Below, piece after piece: positions 26,989 to 36,510 of a DNA stretch of 64,000 nucleotides. How positions within the stretch are numbered: the stretch's first letter is position 1; each line of letters begins with the position of its first letter. The notes under the pieces were generated by a model that did no database searches, had not been told where the DNA came from, and saw only the letters and a list, made by a program, of their open reading frames with translations. The DNA is from Candidatus Saccharimonadota bacterium (lineage in GTDB: Bacteria > Patescibacteriota > Saccharimonadia > Saccharimonadales > Saccharimonadaceae), in the NCBI GenBank assembly GCA_905372785.1, contig CAJPQG010000002.1, positions 57,166-121,165 of the forward strand, in the 5' to 3' direction. Position numbers and translations under genes: made by a program.

Positions 26989-29349
26989 TTACCTCGTAGC
27001 TTCGGCTCCACCAGGGTCTGGTGCAGGAGTAGGTTGTCGTGGTGTTCCGGTATTATTACCGTTATTATTGCCACCAGTATTGCCCGTGTTGCCGTTGTCT
27101 CTTCCTGTATCACCCGAGCCATTACCATTATTATTGCCGCCGCCACGAATTCGATCTCGACCGTTTCGTATCATCGTATCAATCCGCTCATTAAGGTTGC
27201 CACCTCGCTCGCGGCGCTCTTTCTCTTCAGCTTCCTTTTTAGCCTTGTCTTCAGCTTCCTTTTTAGCGTCTTCTTGCTTCTGTTTTTCTTCAGCTGCCTT
27301 GCGCTCTTGCTCTTCTTTCTCAGCCTGAGTATTACAGCGCTCCGTCGGCTTTGCGCTACTAATAAACACTTCCGTGCGTGTGTTACCGCCAGGATTTTCT
27401 GCAAGCGCGCCGTTCTTACAGACCAGGGCCTCAACGACGCCGCTCGGGCGAGTAAATTCAGGGTTAGTACTGCCAACGTAAGCAGTCATAGCCTGCTTCC
27501 AGATTGGTGCCGCCATATCAGCACCACCACTCACCATAACACGGTTGTCATTATTGCCGACCCAGACACCTACGGTGATATCAGGTGTGTAGCCAATCGT
27601 CCACGCATCGCGGTTATCATCTGTCGTTCCTGTCTTAACAGCGACCTTCTTGCTACCAATAGCTAAACTGTTACCAAACATACCAGATCGAGCACTTTGA
27701 TCAGATAAAATATTACTGAGTAGGTATGCCCCTTGGCTAGTGAGCACCGGAGAACGTTTCGTGCTATGCTGATAGATTTGTTTATGGAACTTATCGTTAA
27801 TATCTGTTAGCGTCGTCGTCTCCTTATATTGACCACTGTCTGCATAGACTGCATAGGCATTGGTCATTTCCAGCAGAGGAACTTCTGCCGAACCAATAGC
27901 CAGCGACAAACCATAGTGCGATGGAGCATCAAGCGTACTAATACCCTGTGACTGCGCCTGTTTTACCGCTGTAGTGATACCCACCTTTTGCAGCACCTTT
28001 ACCGCCGGAATATTCAATGACCAGTCAAGTGCCTGACGAGCAGTCACATCACCATAGTAACGCCGCGTTGCATTTTTAGGCGAATACCCGTTAATGTTAA
28101 TAGCCTCATCTTTCAATATTGTTGCTGGGGTAATCGTACCATCCGCAAGACCTTTACCATAGTAAATGGCCTTAAAGGTTGACCCTGGCTGACGCTTGGT
28201 GGTTGCCATGTTCACTTTACCCCAGTCTTCATTATTCCAGTCGGCACTACCAACCAGCGCACGGATTTGGCCAGTCTTTGAGTCAAGCGCTACGGCGCTC
28301 GCGTTCGAACCACCAAGCCGACGAATATATGGCATTCGGTTAGCTACTGCTTGATTTAGAATCTTTTGCTGACCTAAATCAAGACTAGTTTTCACGGTGT
28401 AACCCGAACGCTTTACGTTTTCTTCACCAAACTTATTGTACAGCTCGCGGATAACCATCTGCGTGAAGTGTGGGGCAATATTGTTAAGCTCATCTTTGGC
28501 TTTATGGTAGGTGACTTTTGTCTGCATCGCCTCTGTCTTTTGCTGCTCAGTAATCATATTATTCTCTACCATGCGACGCAATACCGTTTGACGCTGACGA
28601 TCAGTTAATTTCTCGTCCCCGGTAATCGGTGAATATGCAGTTGGTGCAGGCAACATACCAACAAGTGCTGAGCTCTCAGCCAACGTTAACTGAGCCGGCT
28701 CCTTGTGGTAGTAGTTACGACTAGCGTCAGCAATACCAAACGAGTTATTTCCGTAATACACCGAGTTCAGGTACATCGTCAAGATTTCATCCTTGCTATA
28801 CCGCTGCTCAATCGCGATTGAGATCACCATCTCTTTAAACTTACGCACAAACGTACGGTCGTTGGTTAGCAGCGTGTTCTTTGCCAGCTGCTGAGTCAAG
28901 GTTGAACCACCATATGAAGTACCATCACGCGATAAAATATTACGCCCAAAGGCTAATATCACTGTCATCGGAGAAAACCCTCCGTGCTTGTAGAAATTCT
29001 TGTCTTCACTAGCAATCAAGGCGTTCTTCATCTCATTTGAGATTTTATCAAGAGGCACCATGTCTTTAACGCCTTCTTTACCTGTCTTGTAGAAGGCTTC
29101 ACCGTTTTTATCTTGCAGTACAACTCCGGTATTGTTACGGTTCATCAGCCGCTCAGGGTCTGAAATGTCATTCATGTAGTAAATGTAAATACCAATACAA
29201 ATTGCTAGCACTACCGCAAATGGCGAAAGAATAATAAGGGCTTTTTTCCACCAGGGGAGTAATTTAAACCATGTCCAGCGGCCATGGATAAAGCGCAAAA
29301 ACCGGCGCCAGGGTGATAATTTCTGAGTATATATTCCGCGTCGCTTCAT
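26989..29349 (-). CDS. Class A penicillin-binding protein (glycosyltransferase + transpeptidase) with a low-complexity C-terminal tail
   Basis: GT51 motifs are EDKNFYKHGG, GGSTLTQQLAKN and RKFKE. Transpeptidase motifs are STFK and KTGTT. The last ~95 aa are KE-rich, then G/N-rich. Confidence 0.9.
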   Translation of the reverse strand: MKRRGIYTQKLSPWRRFLRFIHGRWTWFKLLPWWKKALIILSPFAVVLAICIGIYIYYMNDISDPERLMNRNNTGVVLQDKNGEAFYKTGKEGVKDMVPLDKISNEMKNALIASEDKNFYKHGGFSPMTVILAFGRNILSRDGTSYGGSTLTQQLAKNTLLTNDRTFVRKFKEMVISIAIEQRYSKDEILTMYLNSVYYGNNSFGIADASRNYYHKEPAQLTLAESSALVGMLPAPTAYSPITGDEKLTDRQRQTVLRRMVENNMITEQQKTEAMQTKVTYHKAKDELNNIAPHFTQMVIRELYNKFGEENVKRSGYTVKTSLDLGQQKILNQAVANRMPYIRRLGGSNASAVALDSKTGQIRALVGSADWNNEDWGKVNMATTKRQPGSTFKAIYYGKGLADGTITPATILKDEAININGYSPKNATRRYYGDVTARQALDWSLNIPAVKVLQKVGITTAVKQAQSQGISTLDAPSHYGLSLAIGSAEVPLLEMTNAYAVYADSGQYKETTTLTDINDKFHKQIYQHSTKRSPVLTSQGAYLLSNILSDQSARSGMFGNSLAIGSKKVAVKTGTTDDNRDAWTIGYTPDITVGVWVGNNDNRVMVSGGADMAAPIWKQAMTAYVGSTNPEFTRPSGVVEALVCKNGALAENPGGNTRTEVFISSAKPTERCNTQAEKEEQERKAAEEKQKQEDAKKEAEDKAKKEAEEKERRERGGNLNERIDTMIRNGRDRIRGGGNNNGNGSGDTGRDNGNTGNTGGNNNGNNTGTPRQPTPAPDPGGAEATR

Positions 29350-29408
29350 AAGCAGTATTATACCGTGAAAACCTTCTTTTTACTAGCGAAGGCGCGGCAC
29401 CACTATGG

Positions 29409-29891
29409 TTACGAAATGGCTGCGCGATGTGTCATATGGTGCGTCAGTGCCGCCGCCAGTGCATCTGCACAATCATCTGGCTTTGGCACTTCACGAAGCT
29501 TCAAATGAAGCCGCACCATCTCTTGGACCTGTTTTTTGTCCGCCTTACCGTATCCTGTTACCGTCTTTTTTATTTCATTTGGACTATATTCGACAATCGG
29601 TAGACCGTGCTTCCGGCCTGCAAGCATCGCCACACCGCGGGCTTGAGATACACTCATTGCAGTAGTCACATTTCGTGCAAAAAAGAGTTTTTCTATCGCC
29701 ATGATATCAGGTTCAGTCTCTGTTATAATTTCCGTCAAGCTATCAAATATATCTTCAAGGCGAATATCAATCGGTGTATGCGCTGGAGTGGTTACTACGC
29801 CAGCAGTCACGAGTCGCGGTGTTTGTTTAATGATGTCAATTACCCCAAATCCTAAAATTCCGGTTCCAGGATCGATGCCAACAATGCGCAC
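29409..29891 (-). CDS. ruvC: Holliday junction resolvase RuvC
   Basis: Motifs present are RIVGIDPGTGILGFGV, AIEKLFFARN and DCADALAAAL. Confidence 0.92.
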   Translation of the reverse strand: MRIVGIDPGTGILGFGVIDIIKQTPRLVTAGVVTTPAHTPIDIRLEDIFDSLTEIITETEPDIMAIEKLFFARNVTTAMSVSQARGVAMLAGRKHGLPIVEYSPNEIKKTVTGYGKADKKQVQEMVRLHLKLREVPKPDDCADALAAALTHHMTHRAAIS

Positions 29892-29916
29892 AGGTTAATC
29901 CTTTTTATTATTGAGC

Positions 29917-31569
29917 TTACGCTACTTTTTTACCAAACCAGCCAAACAAGACATCACGCCATTGCCAGGCAATCACTCCCAGTATAGCAACTCCACCGCT
30001 ACCAAGGAACCACCAAGACGAAATGGTTTCTGGTTTAGTCTCCGTTTGCTCTGCCTTACCTATGCTAGCCGCCTTTGCTAGGTCGCCTACCTTTTTCTTG
30101 CAGCGCCCAGTTTCAGGGTTACGTTCTTGGCCTTCTTTACAAGGTACTGGCTCTTTTTTAGTGGTAGCTACTGCGATCTTATTGCAACGATTTGTTTGTG
30201 GGTTGCGCTGATAGCCCTCTTTACAAGGTGTAGCAGTCTTGTTGGCTGCCACTTTCTTACCAGCTGATGAAGTAGCTTTTGCAGCAAACTGCTTGCCTGC
30301 AACACCTGACCGTGCGCCCCTACTTGCGGCTATCTTTTGAGCACCGCCCTTGCCACCAGTAGCGGTAGTCCTGCGGTTTGTTGCCGTAAGATTAGGCAGC
30401 TTTGATTGCTTTTGTGCAAATGGGTCATCCGCTTTTTTACAGCGACCGGTGTCAGGATTGCGCTGATAGCCACTTTGGCATGGCAACGTTAGTTTTTCTG
30501 GTTTCTCTGCCGCCACCTTCTTACAACGACCAGTCTGCGGGTTGCGCTCTTGGCCCTCCTTGCAAGGTGCGGTAGTCTTAGCAGCGTGCTGCTTTTTCTC
30601 ACCTGGTGCCGGTGCTACCTTGTTAGGTAGCACAGCGACATCTGGTGTTTGTGTTTTAGTAGAATGCCCGTCCGAATTAGTTTTCTGATTCGGCTGGGCT
30701 AGGGCTTTTGGGTCTGCAGCCTCAACTTGCTGACCGGCCTGTTGTTCGTCTTCACAGACTGGAAGGCTCGAGCCAACTTGAGATTCATTCCCGGCAACAA
30801 ATGCACCGCCGCCAGATACAAGATCCCGTACGCCTCCTGCTACTTGGCAACGAAGCCAAACAGCACCTTTATCTCCTACTATTTCTGTCTCATCATTAGC
30901 CTTTGGGCTCCAGCGTACAATATCGTGCCAGTTTGCCGCGATACTGCGAATTGTTGCGCTACCGGTAGTTGGCATCTGGTCGCCGGCAAGTGGCTGACCG
31001 TCTACACCGGTAAAGACGTATGGTGAGTTAGCTACAAATTCATTGTTGCCCTGGTAATCTTTATTTTTAATAGCCAAGAACCCATGAGCAGCTATAGTTT
31101 GGCCACTGAAGGTAAACACTTCTTCTGCATTGTCACCTCCAACTGCAAGACGCCATGAATCGTCTAGTGTTACAGCCTGGTCTGATGGGTTGTACAGTAC
31201 AACATACTCATTAGCGCCGTTGCTATCTGTTTTCACTGCGCTAACGTAAATCTGCTTGGCAGCTGTTGTTTGGCTCTGTGCTTGAGGCGTCGCCGCCTGA
31301 GCTTGTGGCCACTGAACATCTGCAGCTGCCTTAGCTTCCTGCTGCCGCACAGCTTTATCTGCTACGCCAGCCTTATCCTTGCTGTCTGTTGGTTGCCTTT
31401 GAGCATCTGCGCGGTAGCCCTCATCAACCAAAAACGTGCGACTATCATGAGTCGCACGTTCAGGAGTGAGAGGCGAGGCCGACGCAACTGCACTAGGAGC
31501 AACCGCCGGAATCAACAGTAGTGCAGCACCCGCTGCCACTGCCGTAACGGTTCGGTATACATGCTTCAT
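29917..31569 (-). CDS. Secreted, C-terminally membrane-anchored protein with a lamin-tail-domain (LTD)-like module and four CxxGxxRNPxTxRC repeats
   Basis: A signal peptide is present. The LTD-like signature is IYVSAVKTDSNGANEYVVLYNPSDQAVTLDDSW. The four 2-Cys repeats follow, and the C-terminal TM helix is WWFLGSGGVAILGVIAW. Confidence 0.65.
   Translation of the reverse strand: MKHVYRTVTAVAAGAALLLIPAVAPSAVASASPLTPERATHDSRTFLVDEGYRADAQRQPTDSKDKAGVADKAVRQQEAKAAADVQWPQAQAATPQAQSQTTAAKQIYVSAVKTDSNGANEYVVLYNPSDQAVTLDDSWRLAVGGDNAEEVFTFSGQTIAAHGFLAIKNKDYQGNNEFVANSPYVFTGVDGQPLAGDQMPTTGSATIRSIAANWHDIVRWSPKANDETEIVGDKGAVWLRCQVAGGVRDLVSGGGAFVAGNESQVGSSLPVCEDEQQAGQQVEAADPKALAQPNQKTNSDGHSTKTQTPDVAVLPNKVAPAPGEKKQHAAKTTAPCKEGQERNPQTGRCKKVAAEKPEKLTLPCQSGYQRNPDTGRCKKADDPFAQKQSKLPNLTATNRRTTATGGKGGAQKIAASRGARSGVAGKQFAAKATSSAGKKVAANKTATPCKEGYQRNPQTNRCNKIAVATTKKEPVPCKEGQERNPETGRCKKKVGDLAKAASIGKAEQTETKPETISSWWFLGSGGVAILGVIAWQWRDVLFGWFGKKVA
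30094..30567 (-). repeat. Four dispersed 17-aa coding repeats P-C-(K/Q)-(E/S)-G-(Q/Y)-(E/Q)-R-N-P-x-T-x-R-C-(K/N)-K
   Basis: The repeats are PCKEGQERNPQTGRCKK, PCQSGYQRNPDTGRCKK, PCKEGYQRNPQTNRCNK and PCKEGQERNPETGRCKK, at aa 335-351, 363-379, 448-464 and 476-492. Confidence 0.8.
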
Positions 31570-31744
31570 AGTCAGTGTACTCCGTTTACTCGTTAATATT
31601 ACCCTATCATTTTACCAAGTACGCAACCACCTGGTAAACGCATTAGCCCGCCTTATAGTGGGCCTTATCGGTAGTCAACCACGTTGCCTTTTGCACAGCA
31701 AAAACATAATTACAACATATATTACAGCATATTACGCAGCATAC

Positions 31745-31771
31745 AAAAAAGCCCTCTACTAGAGGGCTTTT
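31745..31771. terminator. Hairpin terminator after yebC (bidirectional shape)
   Basis: The sequence is AAAAAA-gccctct-act-agagggc-TTTT. Confidence 0.55.
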
Positions 31772-31790
31772 GCCTTTACAATAGTATCTC

Positions 31791-32498
31791 TTATGATAAT
31801 GCGGCATTCGTATGAACAGATGTCACATCGGCTACATCATCAAGGACGTCAAGCAGCTTTAGTAGCTTTTCTTCCTTTTCAGCATCAAGTGCGACCTCGG
31901 TGGTGCCAATATACTGCAGCTCAGCATCTTTAATCGTAAAGCCGGCATCGGCCAGTGCCTGACGTACCTTAGCAAGCTCCTTTTGGTCGGTGTATACAAT
32001 CATCTCACCGTCTTCTTCTACTGCATCTTCAGCCCCAGCATCAAGCACCAACAGCAGTGCATCTTCACCGCTAGCGTCAATCGTAATTACACCCTTGCGG
32101 CTAAACTGAAACAGCACACTACCCGCATCAGCAATCGTGCCGCCGTTCTTGGCCAAGGCATTTTTAACCTCAGGGAACGTACGGTTGCGGTTATCGGTAG
32201 CGGTTTCGATAATAATACCCACGCCACCAGGGCCATACGCTTCATAGGTAATCTCTTCTAGTGCTGCCGCATTTTTATCATTCACTCGATCGATAGCGCG
32301 CTGAATATTAGCATTCGGCATATTAGCTGCTTTAGCCTTCTCGATTGCGAGTGCAAGCGCCGAGTTCATACTTGGATCGGTACCACTGCGTGCCGCAACT
32401 GCGATTTGATTACCAAGTCGCGTAAAAATTGCTCCACGCTTTGCGTCATTAACACCTTTGTCTCGCTTGATCTTTGCCCATTTACTGTGGCCTGCCAT
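31791..32498 (-). CDS. yebC: YebC/PmpR-family DNA-binding regulator
   Basis: The motif MAGHSKWAKIKRDKG..DAKRG is the hallmark of the family. Confidence 0.92.
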   Translation of the reverse strand: MAGHSKWAKIKRDKGVNDAKRGAIFTRLGNQIAVAARSGTDPSMNSALALAIEKAKAANMPNANIQRAIDRVNDKNAAALEEITYEAYGPGGVGIIIETATDNRNRTFPEVKNALAKNGGTIADAGSVLFQFSRKGVITIDASGEDALLLVLDAGAEDAVEEDGEMIVYTDQKELAKVRQALADAGFTIKDAELQYIGTTEVALDAEKEEKLLKLLDVLDDVADVTSVHTNAALS

Positions 32499-32578
32499 GC
32501 CTGCTGTTCTCCTTTAGTTTTATTATGTTGCCCGCCTCGCCGCGGCAATATTCTTACGTCTAGTATAGCAAACCCCCG

Positions 32579-34132
32579 CTAGACCACCAAGTTTGCATGC
32601 GCACCTGAAGCGCCTGCCATTCGCTGGCAGAGCAATAATATAGCGATAAGCCCGCTATAGAGTACACCGACAAACCACAGCGGCACCGCAGGTGTAGCAA
32701 GCTGTGCCTGCGGTAATTGGCTGAAAAAATGTGCCACGAGCAGCATGTAATCGAGCAGTATTTGTGCAAACCGCCCCACCAGCAGTGACAAGCCGGCCCA
32801 TACATAACCGGCTAACCCAGCAGTAAACACCAAAGCCATAGCTAGCGGCACTAGTGGCAATACCAATATATTTACCGGCAGCGCCACGAGGCTGACCGCA
32901 CCAAATATATACAGACTAATCGGCAACGTTAGCAGCTGCGCGCTGCCCGTTTCTATGATAATTCTTAGCACTGCATTTGGTTCCTTGCGTAGTCGCAATA
33001 GCCGCTGTATCGCCGCCTGAAACGCCGGCGCCCACAACATCACCCCAGCAAAAGCCGTCATACTCAGTAGCCAACTAGCATCTCCCCAAAGATATACTGG
33101 ATTACATAGTATGGTTATTCCTGCTGTCACCACCAAAAGTACCACCGGATGGATCAACCGACCGACGTACCATAGCAGCAATGACAAGCCAGTCACCAGC
33201 CCAGCCCGCAACATACTCGGGCTTGCGCCTGCAAGCATAATAAACAACATCATCAACATAAACCCAAACGCAGCACCCGCAAAGCGTGAATATCGCCCAG
33301 CTAGTGCCCGCATGAAGCGCACTAAAATCGTTAGGTTATAGCCACTCGCCACTACAATATGCGTCAGCCCTACAATCTGCAGCGCCTGTGAAACATCCCT
33401 GGGAAGTCCCTGTTTCATCCCTGTTAAAAACCCGAGGCCCAGCGCAGCAGCAGGCTGCTCCACCACGCGGCCAAGTTTAGCCGCAAAATCATCTCGCAGC
33501 TCCGCCATAATATCGCCATGCCGCTGGTGACTAATTGCAAGCACCTTTGGGTGACGCAGCGATGCTACCATCGTGCCAAATCCAGGATATGCCTTCCCTG
33601 CAAGCTCTATAGTATCTCCGCGTTTTACCTCGGCTCCACCATCTATCTGCACCCATATGTCACCGCTCACTGGCCTCCCCTGACCGCCGGCTCGCTGATT
33701 ATCGAGCAGCTCTAGCTTATGTACCGTGATAGTTTGGTTCGCCGCGTCTGGGCGTGACGGGTCTTCAATAACAACACCTCGTACATGCAGCATATTACCC
33801 CGGTATGGCATAATCCACTGCCGCTGCTGATACGCGAAGCTACCGTGGCTTAAGCCGCACAGCAGTCCACATAGCACCACAATCCACACCAGTTTCCATG
33901 GCCGTAGCATCACGACGCCGCATACCGCTAGCAGCCCCCATAACATAGCACCCCACAAATAGTTGCCACCGAGCATTAGAACTGGCTGCAGCAGGTGCAA
34001 TAGCTGAGATAGCTGATGAGCCCCAGCCAGCGCACCAACCCCAACCATATAGCCAATGAACGCCACGGTAACGCGCCATGAGCTATGAAGCGAGGTCGCT
34101 GCAGTATGTCGCTGCTGATGAGCCATCGTCAT
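32579..34132 (-). CDS. comEC: ComEC/Rec2-family DNA internalisation channel (short form, no C-terminal metallo-beta-lactamase domain)
   Basis: An N-terminal DUF4131-like OB region is followed by a polytopic competence domain (GLTHIVVASGYNLTIL). The ORF ends after 517 aa. Confidence 0.8.
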   Translation of the reverse strand: MTMAHQQRHTAATSLHSSWRVTVAFIGYMVGVGALAGAHQLSQLLHLLQPVLMLGGNYLWGAMLWGLLAVCGVVMLRPWKLVWIVVLCGLLCGLSHGSFAYQQRQWIMPYRGNMLHVRGVVIEDPSRPDAANQTITVHKLELLDNQRAGGQGRPVSGDIWVQIDGGAEVKRGDTIELAGKAYPGFGTMVASLRHPKVLAISHQRHGDIMAELRDDFAAKLGRVVEQPAAALGLGFLTGMKQGLPRDVSQALQIVGLTHIVVASGYNLTILVRFMRALAGRYSRFAGAAFGFMLMMLFIMLAGASPSMLRAGLVTGLSLLLWYVGRLIHPVVLLVVTAGITILCNPVYLWGDASWLLSMTAFAGVMLWAPAFQAAIQRLLRLRKEPNAVLRIIIETGSAQLLTLPISLYIFGAVSLVALPVNILVLPLVPLAMALVFTAGLAGYVWAGLSLLVGRFAQILLDYMLLVAHFFSQLPQAQLATPAVPLWFVGVLYSGLIAILLLCQRMAGASGAHANLVV

Positions 34133-34194
34133 GCTATTAGTATATCAAACATACAAAAACCACCCTTCCTAAGAAGAGTGGCGCTGTTACATCG

Positions 34195-34271
34195 TGGAGG
34201 AACCACTGGGGCTTGAACCCAGGACACCCTGCTTAAAAGGCAGGTGCTCTAACCAGCTGAGCTATGGTTCC
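34195..34271 (-). tRNA. tRNA-Lys (anticodon TTT), CCA encoded
   Basis: The reverse complement reads ggaaccatagctcagctggttagagc..cctgcCTTTTAAgcagg..GGTTCAAGCCC..tggttccTCCA. Confidence 0.9.
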
Positions 34272-34362
34272 ACAGTAGGTATGGCCTAATCGTATCACGC
34301 TGCATCCTGGCCTGTCAATACGCACTTTTGTATTGGTTTTACTGTGGCGATGACTGCTTAAC

Positions 34363-34863
34363 CTACTTTTTGCTAGATTTTTTGGCTTTATGCCCATGTG
34401 CAGCGGCTGCCCGACCAGCCCTCACGTCCACCGCTCCACACACTCCCACAACCAGCAGTGCCACGCCGCTGTACTCTCGCGCTGATGCTATAACTTGCGC
34501 AGCACTATCGGGTGCAATACCATACGCATCACTAAACCGCACAAATAACGCGAGTAACACGATAGCTACCACAGCAGCATGCACAAAACGCCCTCGTTTT
34601 GTATGCACATGTGGGCTGGCCAAGATTGTAATGACAGCAATAACACCAGTGCACGCTACTGCTGTTAATCCTGCAGGTGGCAGACCCCACGTCTCGCCAC
34701 CGGTAATTTTCTGCACCATACTTACCAGTTGTGGGCTAGCTTGCTGCCCTAAAAAACTACCAGCTAAAAGGCCCAGCACTACGATTCCATAGCGCCGCCC
34801 CATTAGTAGTACCCCCGCGGCAAGCACCAAAAAGGCGCCGCCCACTACTAAAATCCCGTTCAT
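34363..34863 (-). CDS. Hypothetical 4-TM membrane protein
   Basis: The hydrophobic helices are regular and the C-terminus is lysine-rich. I preferred it over the overlapping + strand ORF 34328..34792, which has a Cys/Pro/Thr-rich non-protein-like composition. Confidence 0.5.
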   Translation of the reverse strand: MNGILVVGGAFLVLAAGVLLMGRRYGIVVLGLLAGSFLGQQASPQLVSMVQKITGGETWGLPPAGLTAVACTGVIAVITILASPHVHTKRGRFVHAAVVAIVLLALFVRFSDAYGIAPDSAAQVIASAREYSGVALLVVGVCGAVDVRAGRAAAAHGHKAKKSSKK

Positions 34864-34991
34864 AGCGCCATTGTATCATGGCCGGCTCGTTTTCACTAAC
34901 CCTACCGGGGCTATGTTATAATAAACCATACCAATGAGCGACAATGCTGATACTATTCAGCCTAATGATAGACAACCCACAGGAGATACAC

Positions 34992-36425
34992 ATGCCAAAA
35001 CGCAAAAAACTACTACCAGCCAAAACCGAGCATCCAAGTGAATGGTATACTACGGTCGTCAAACTAGCCGACCTAGCAGACTACGGCCCGGTGCGCGGCA
35101 CGATGATCATTAAGCCGTATGGGTATGCCCTCTGGGAACGAGTACAAGCCGAGATGAACCCTCTCATGCAGGCCAAGGGTGTTCAGAACGCCTACTTTCC
35201 GGCCTTTATTCCTCACAGCTTTTTGCAAAAAGAAGCCAGTCACGTTGAAGGGTTCTCACCAGAACTAGCAGTTGTCACCCATGCTGGAGATGAAGAACTC
35301 GAAGAGCCGCTCGTCGTGCGACCAACCAGTGAAACCACCATCTACAACGCCTATGCAAGCTGGGTACAATCGTGGCGCGATCTTCCTTTGATGATGAACC
35401 AGTGGTGCAACGTCGTCCGCTGGGAAAAGCGTACGCAACCATTTTTGCGCACCAGTGAGTTTTTGTGGCAAGAAGGACACACTGCCCACGCATCACACAG
35501 CGAAGCTAAAGCCATGCAGCAGTGGGGCATCGATTTGTACGCCCACATTTACCGCAGTATTTTTGCTATTGACGGCTACGTTGGCGAAAAGTCAACTATG
35601 GAACGCTTCGCCGGCGCTAATAGCACCCTTACCTTTGAAGCCATGATGCCAAGTGGCAAAGCCCTACAGGCAGGCACCTCGCACGATCTTGGACAAAATT
35701 TCTCAAAAGCCTTTGATATTTCTTTTAGCACTAAAGATGACAGCATCGACTACACTTGGCAAACCAGCTGGGGTCTCTCGACTCGTTCACTAGGAGCTCT
35801 TATTCTCGCGCATGGCGACGACGATGGCCTTGTGCTACCACCACGTATAGCACCAACTCAAGTAGCTATTATCACCACAGCGCCGCAATCTGATACCCAA
35901 TCGGCCTTTGCACGACAACTGCTAGCGCAGCTAACTGCAGCTAATGTTCGCGTTATTTACGACGACCGCGACGATGAACGCTTTGGCTTTAAGCTAAATA
36001 AATGGGAGGTTAAGGGTGTACCACTCACCATTCGGCTTGGCGACAAAGAAGTAGAAAGCAACCTAGCAACCATTAAGGCACGCTATGGCGGTGAGCAGCG
36101 TCAATTTGCAGTAGACGACCAATTTGCTATCGCAGTCACCACCTGGCTGGAAGAAATTCAAGCTGCCATGCTTGCTGGTAGTGTTGCAGCCAAAGAAGCT
36201 GCTACCCGTGAAGCCACGTCGTACGATGAGTTTACAAAGCTCGTGCAGCAACATGGTGGATTCATTAAAGTATTCTGGGAAGATAACCCAGCCACTGAAA
36301 AACAAGTCAAAGAAGCTACTCACGCCACTAGCCGCTGCCGCCTGCCAGACAGCAGCGAGCCAGGCATAGACTTTGTGACTGGCAAGCCGACCAAGCAGCA
36401 GTGGCTGTTTGCCAAAAGCTACTAA
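34992..36425 (+). CDS. proS: Prolyl-tRNA synthetase (archaeal/eukaryote-like short type)
   Basis: Class II motifs are present (RPTSET, FLRTSEFLWQEGHTAH, GTSHDLGQNF), with a C-terminal Zn-type domain ending in Y. An AGGAG RBS lies 6 nt upstream of the ATG at 34992. Confidence 0.92.
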   Translation: MPKRKKLLPAKTEHPSEWYTTVVKLADLADYGPVRGTMIIKPYGYALWERVQAEMNPLMQAKGVQNAYFPAFIPHSFLQKEASHVEGFSPELAVVTHAGDEELEEPLVVRPTSETTIYNAYASWVQSWRDLPLMMNQWCNVVRWEKRTQPFLRTSEFLWQEGHTAHASHSEAKAMQQWGIDLYAHIYRSIFAIDGYVGEKSTMERFAGANSTLTFEAMMPSGKALQAGTSHDLGQNFSKAFDISFSTKDDSIDYTWQTSWGLSTRSLGALILAHGDDDGLVLPPRIAPTQVAIITTAPQSDTQSAFARQLLAQLTAANVRVIYDDRDDERFGFKLNKWEVKGVPLTIRLGDKEVESNLATIKARYGGEQRQFAVDDQFAIAVTTWLEEIQAAMLAGSVAAKEAATREATSYDEFTKLVQQHGGFIKVFWEDNPATEKQVKEATHATSRCRLPDSSEPGIDFVTGKPTKQQWLFAKSY

Positions 36426-36510
36426 CTCTCACACATAAAAAAATAATTACCTCACGTGCGCGCATCTACTGCTCCCGTGAGGTAATTGTTTTATAATAAC
36501 TTGCTTTACG

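Noticed and set aside
34328-34792. The + strand ORF of 154 aa overlaps the - strand 166-aa membrane protein.
   Set aside because: The + strand translation is Cys/Pro/Thr/Ala-rich with no secondary-structure periodicity. The - strand ORF gives four regular TM helices and a Lys-rich tail, so only the - strand ORF was kept.
34864-34991. I considered a T-box or other riboswitch leader upstream of proS.
   Set aside because: The spacer is only ~128 nt. I could not find a T-box consensus (AAUUAGGGUGGUACCGCG-like) or a specifier/antiterminator architecture.
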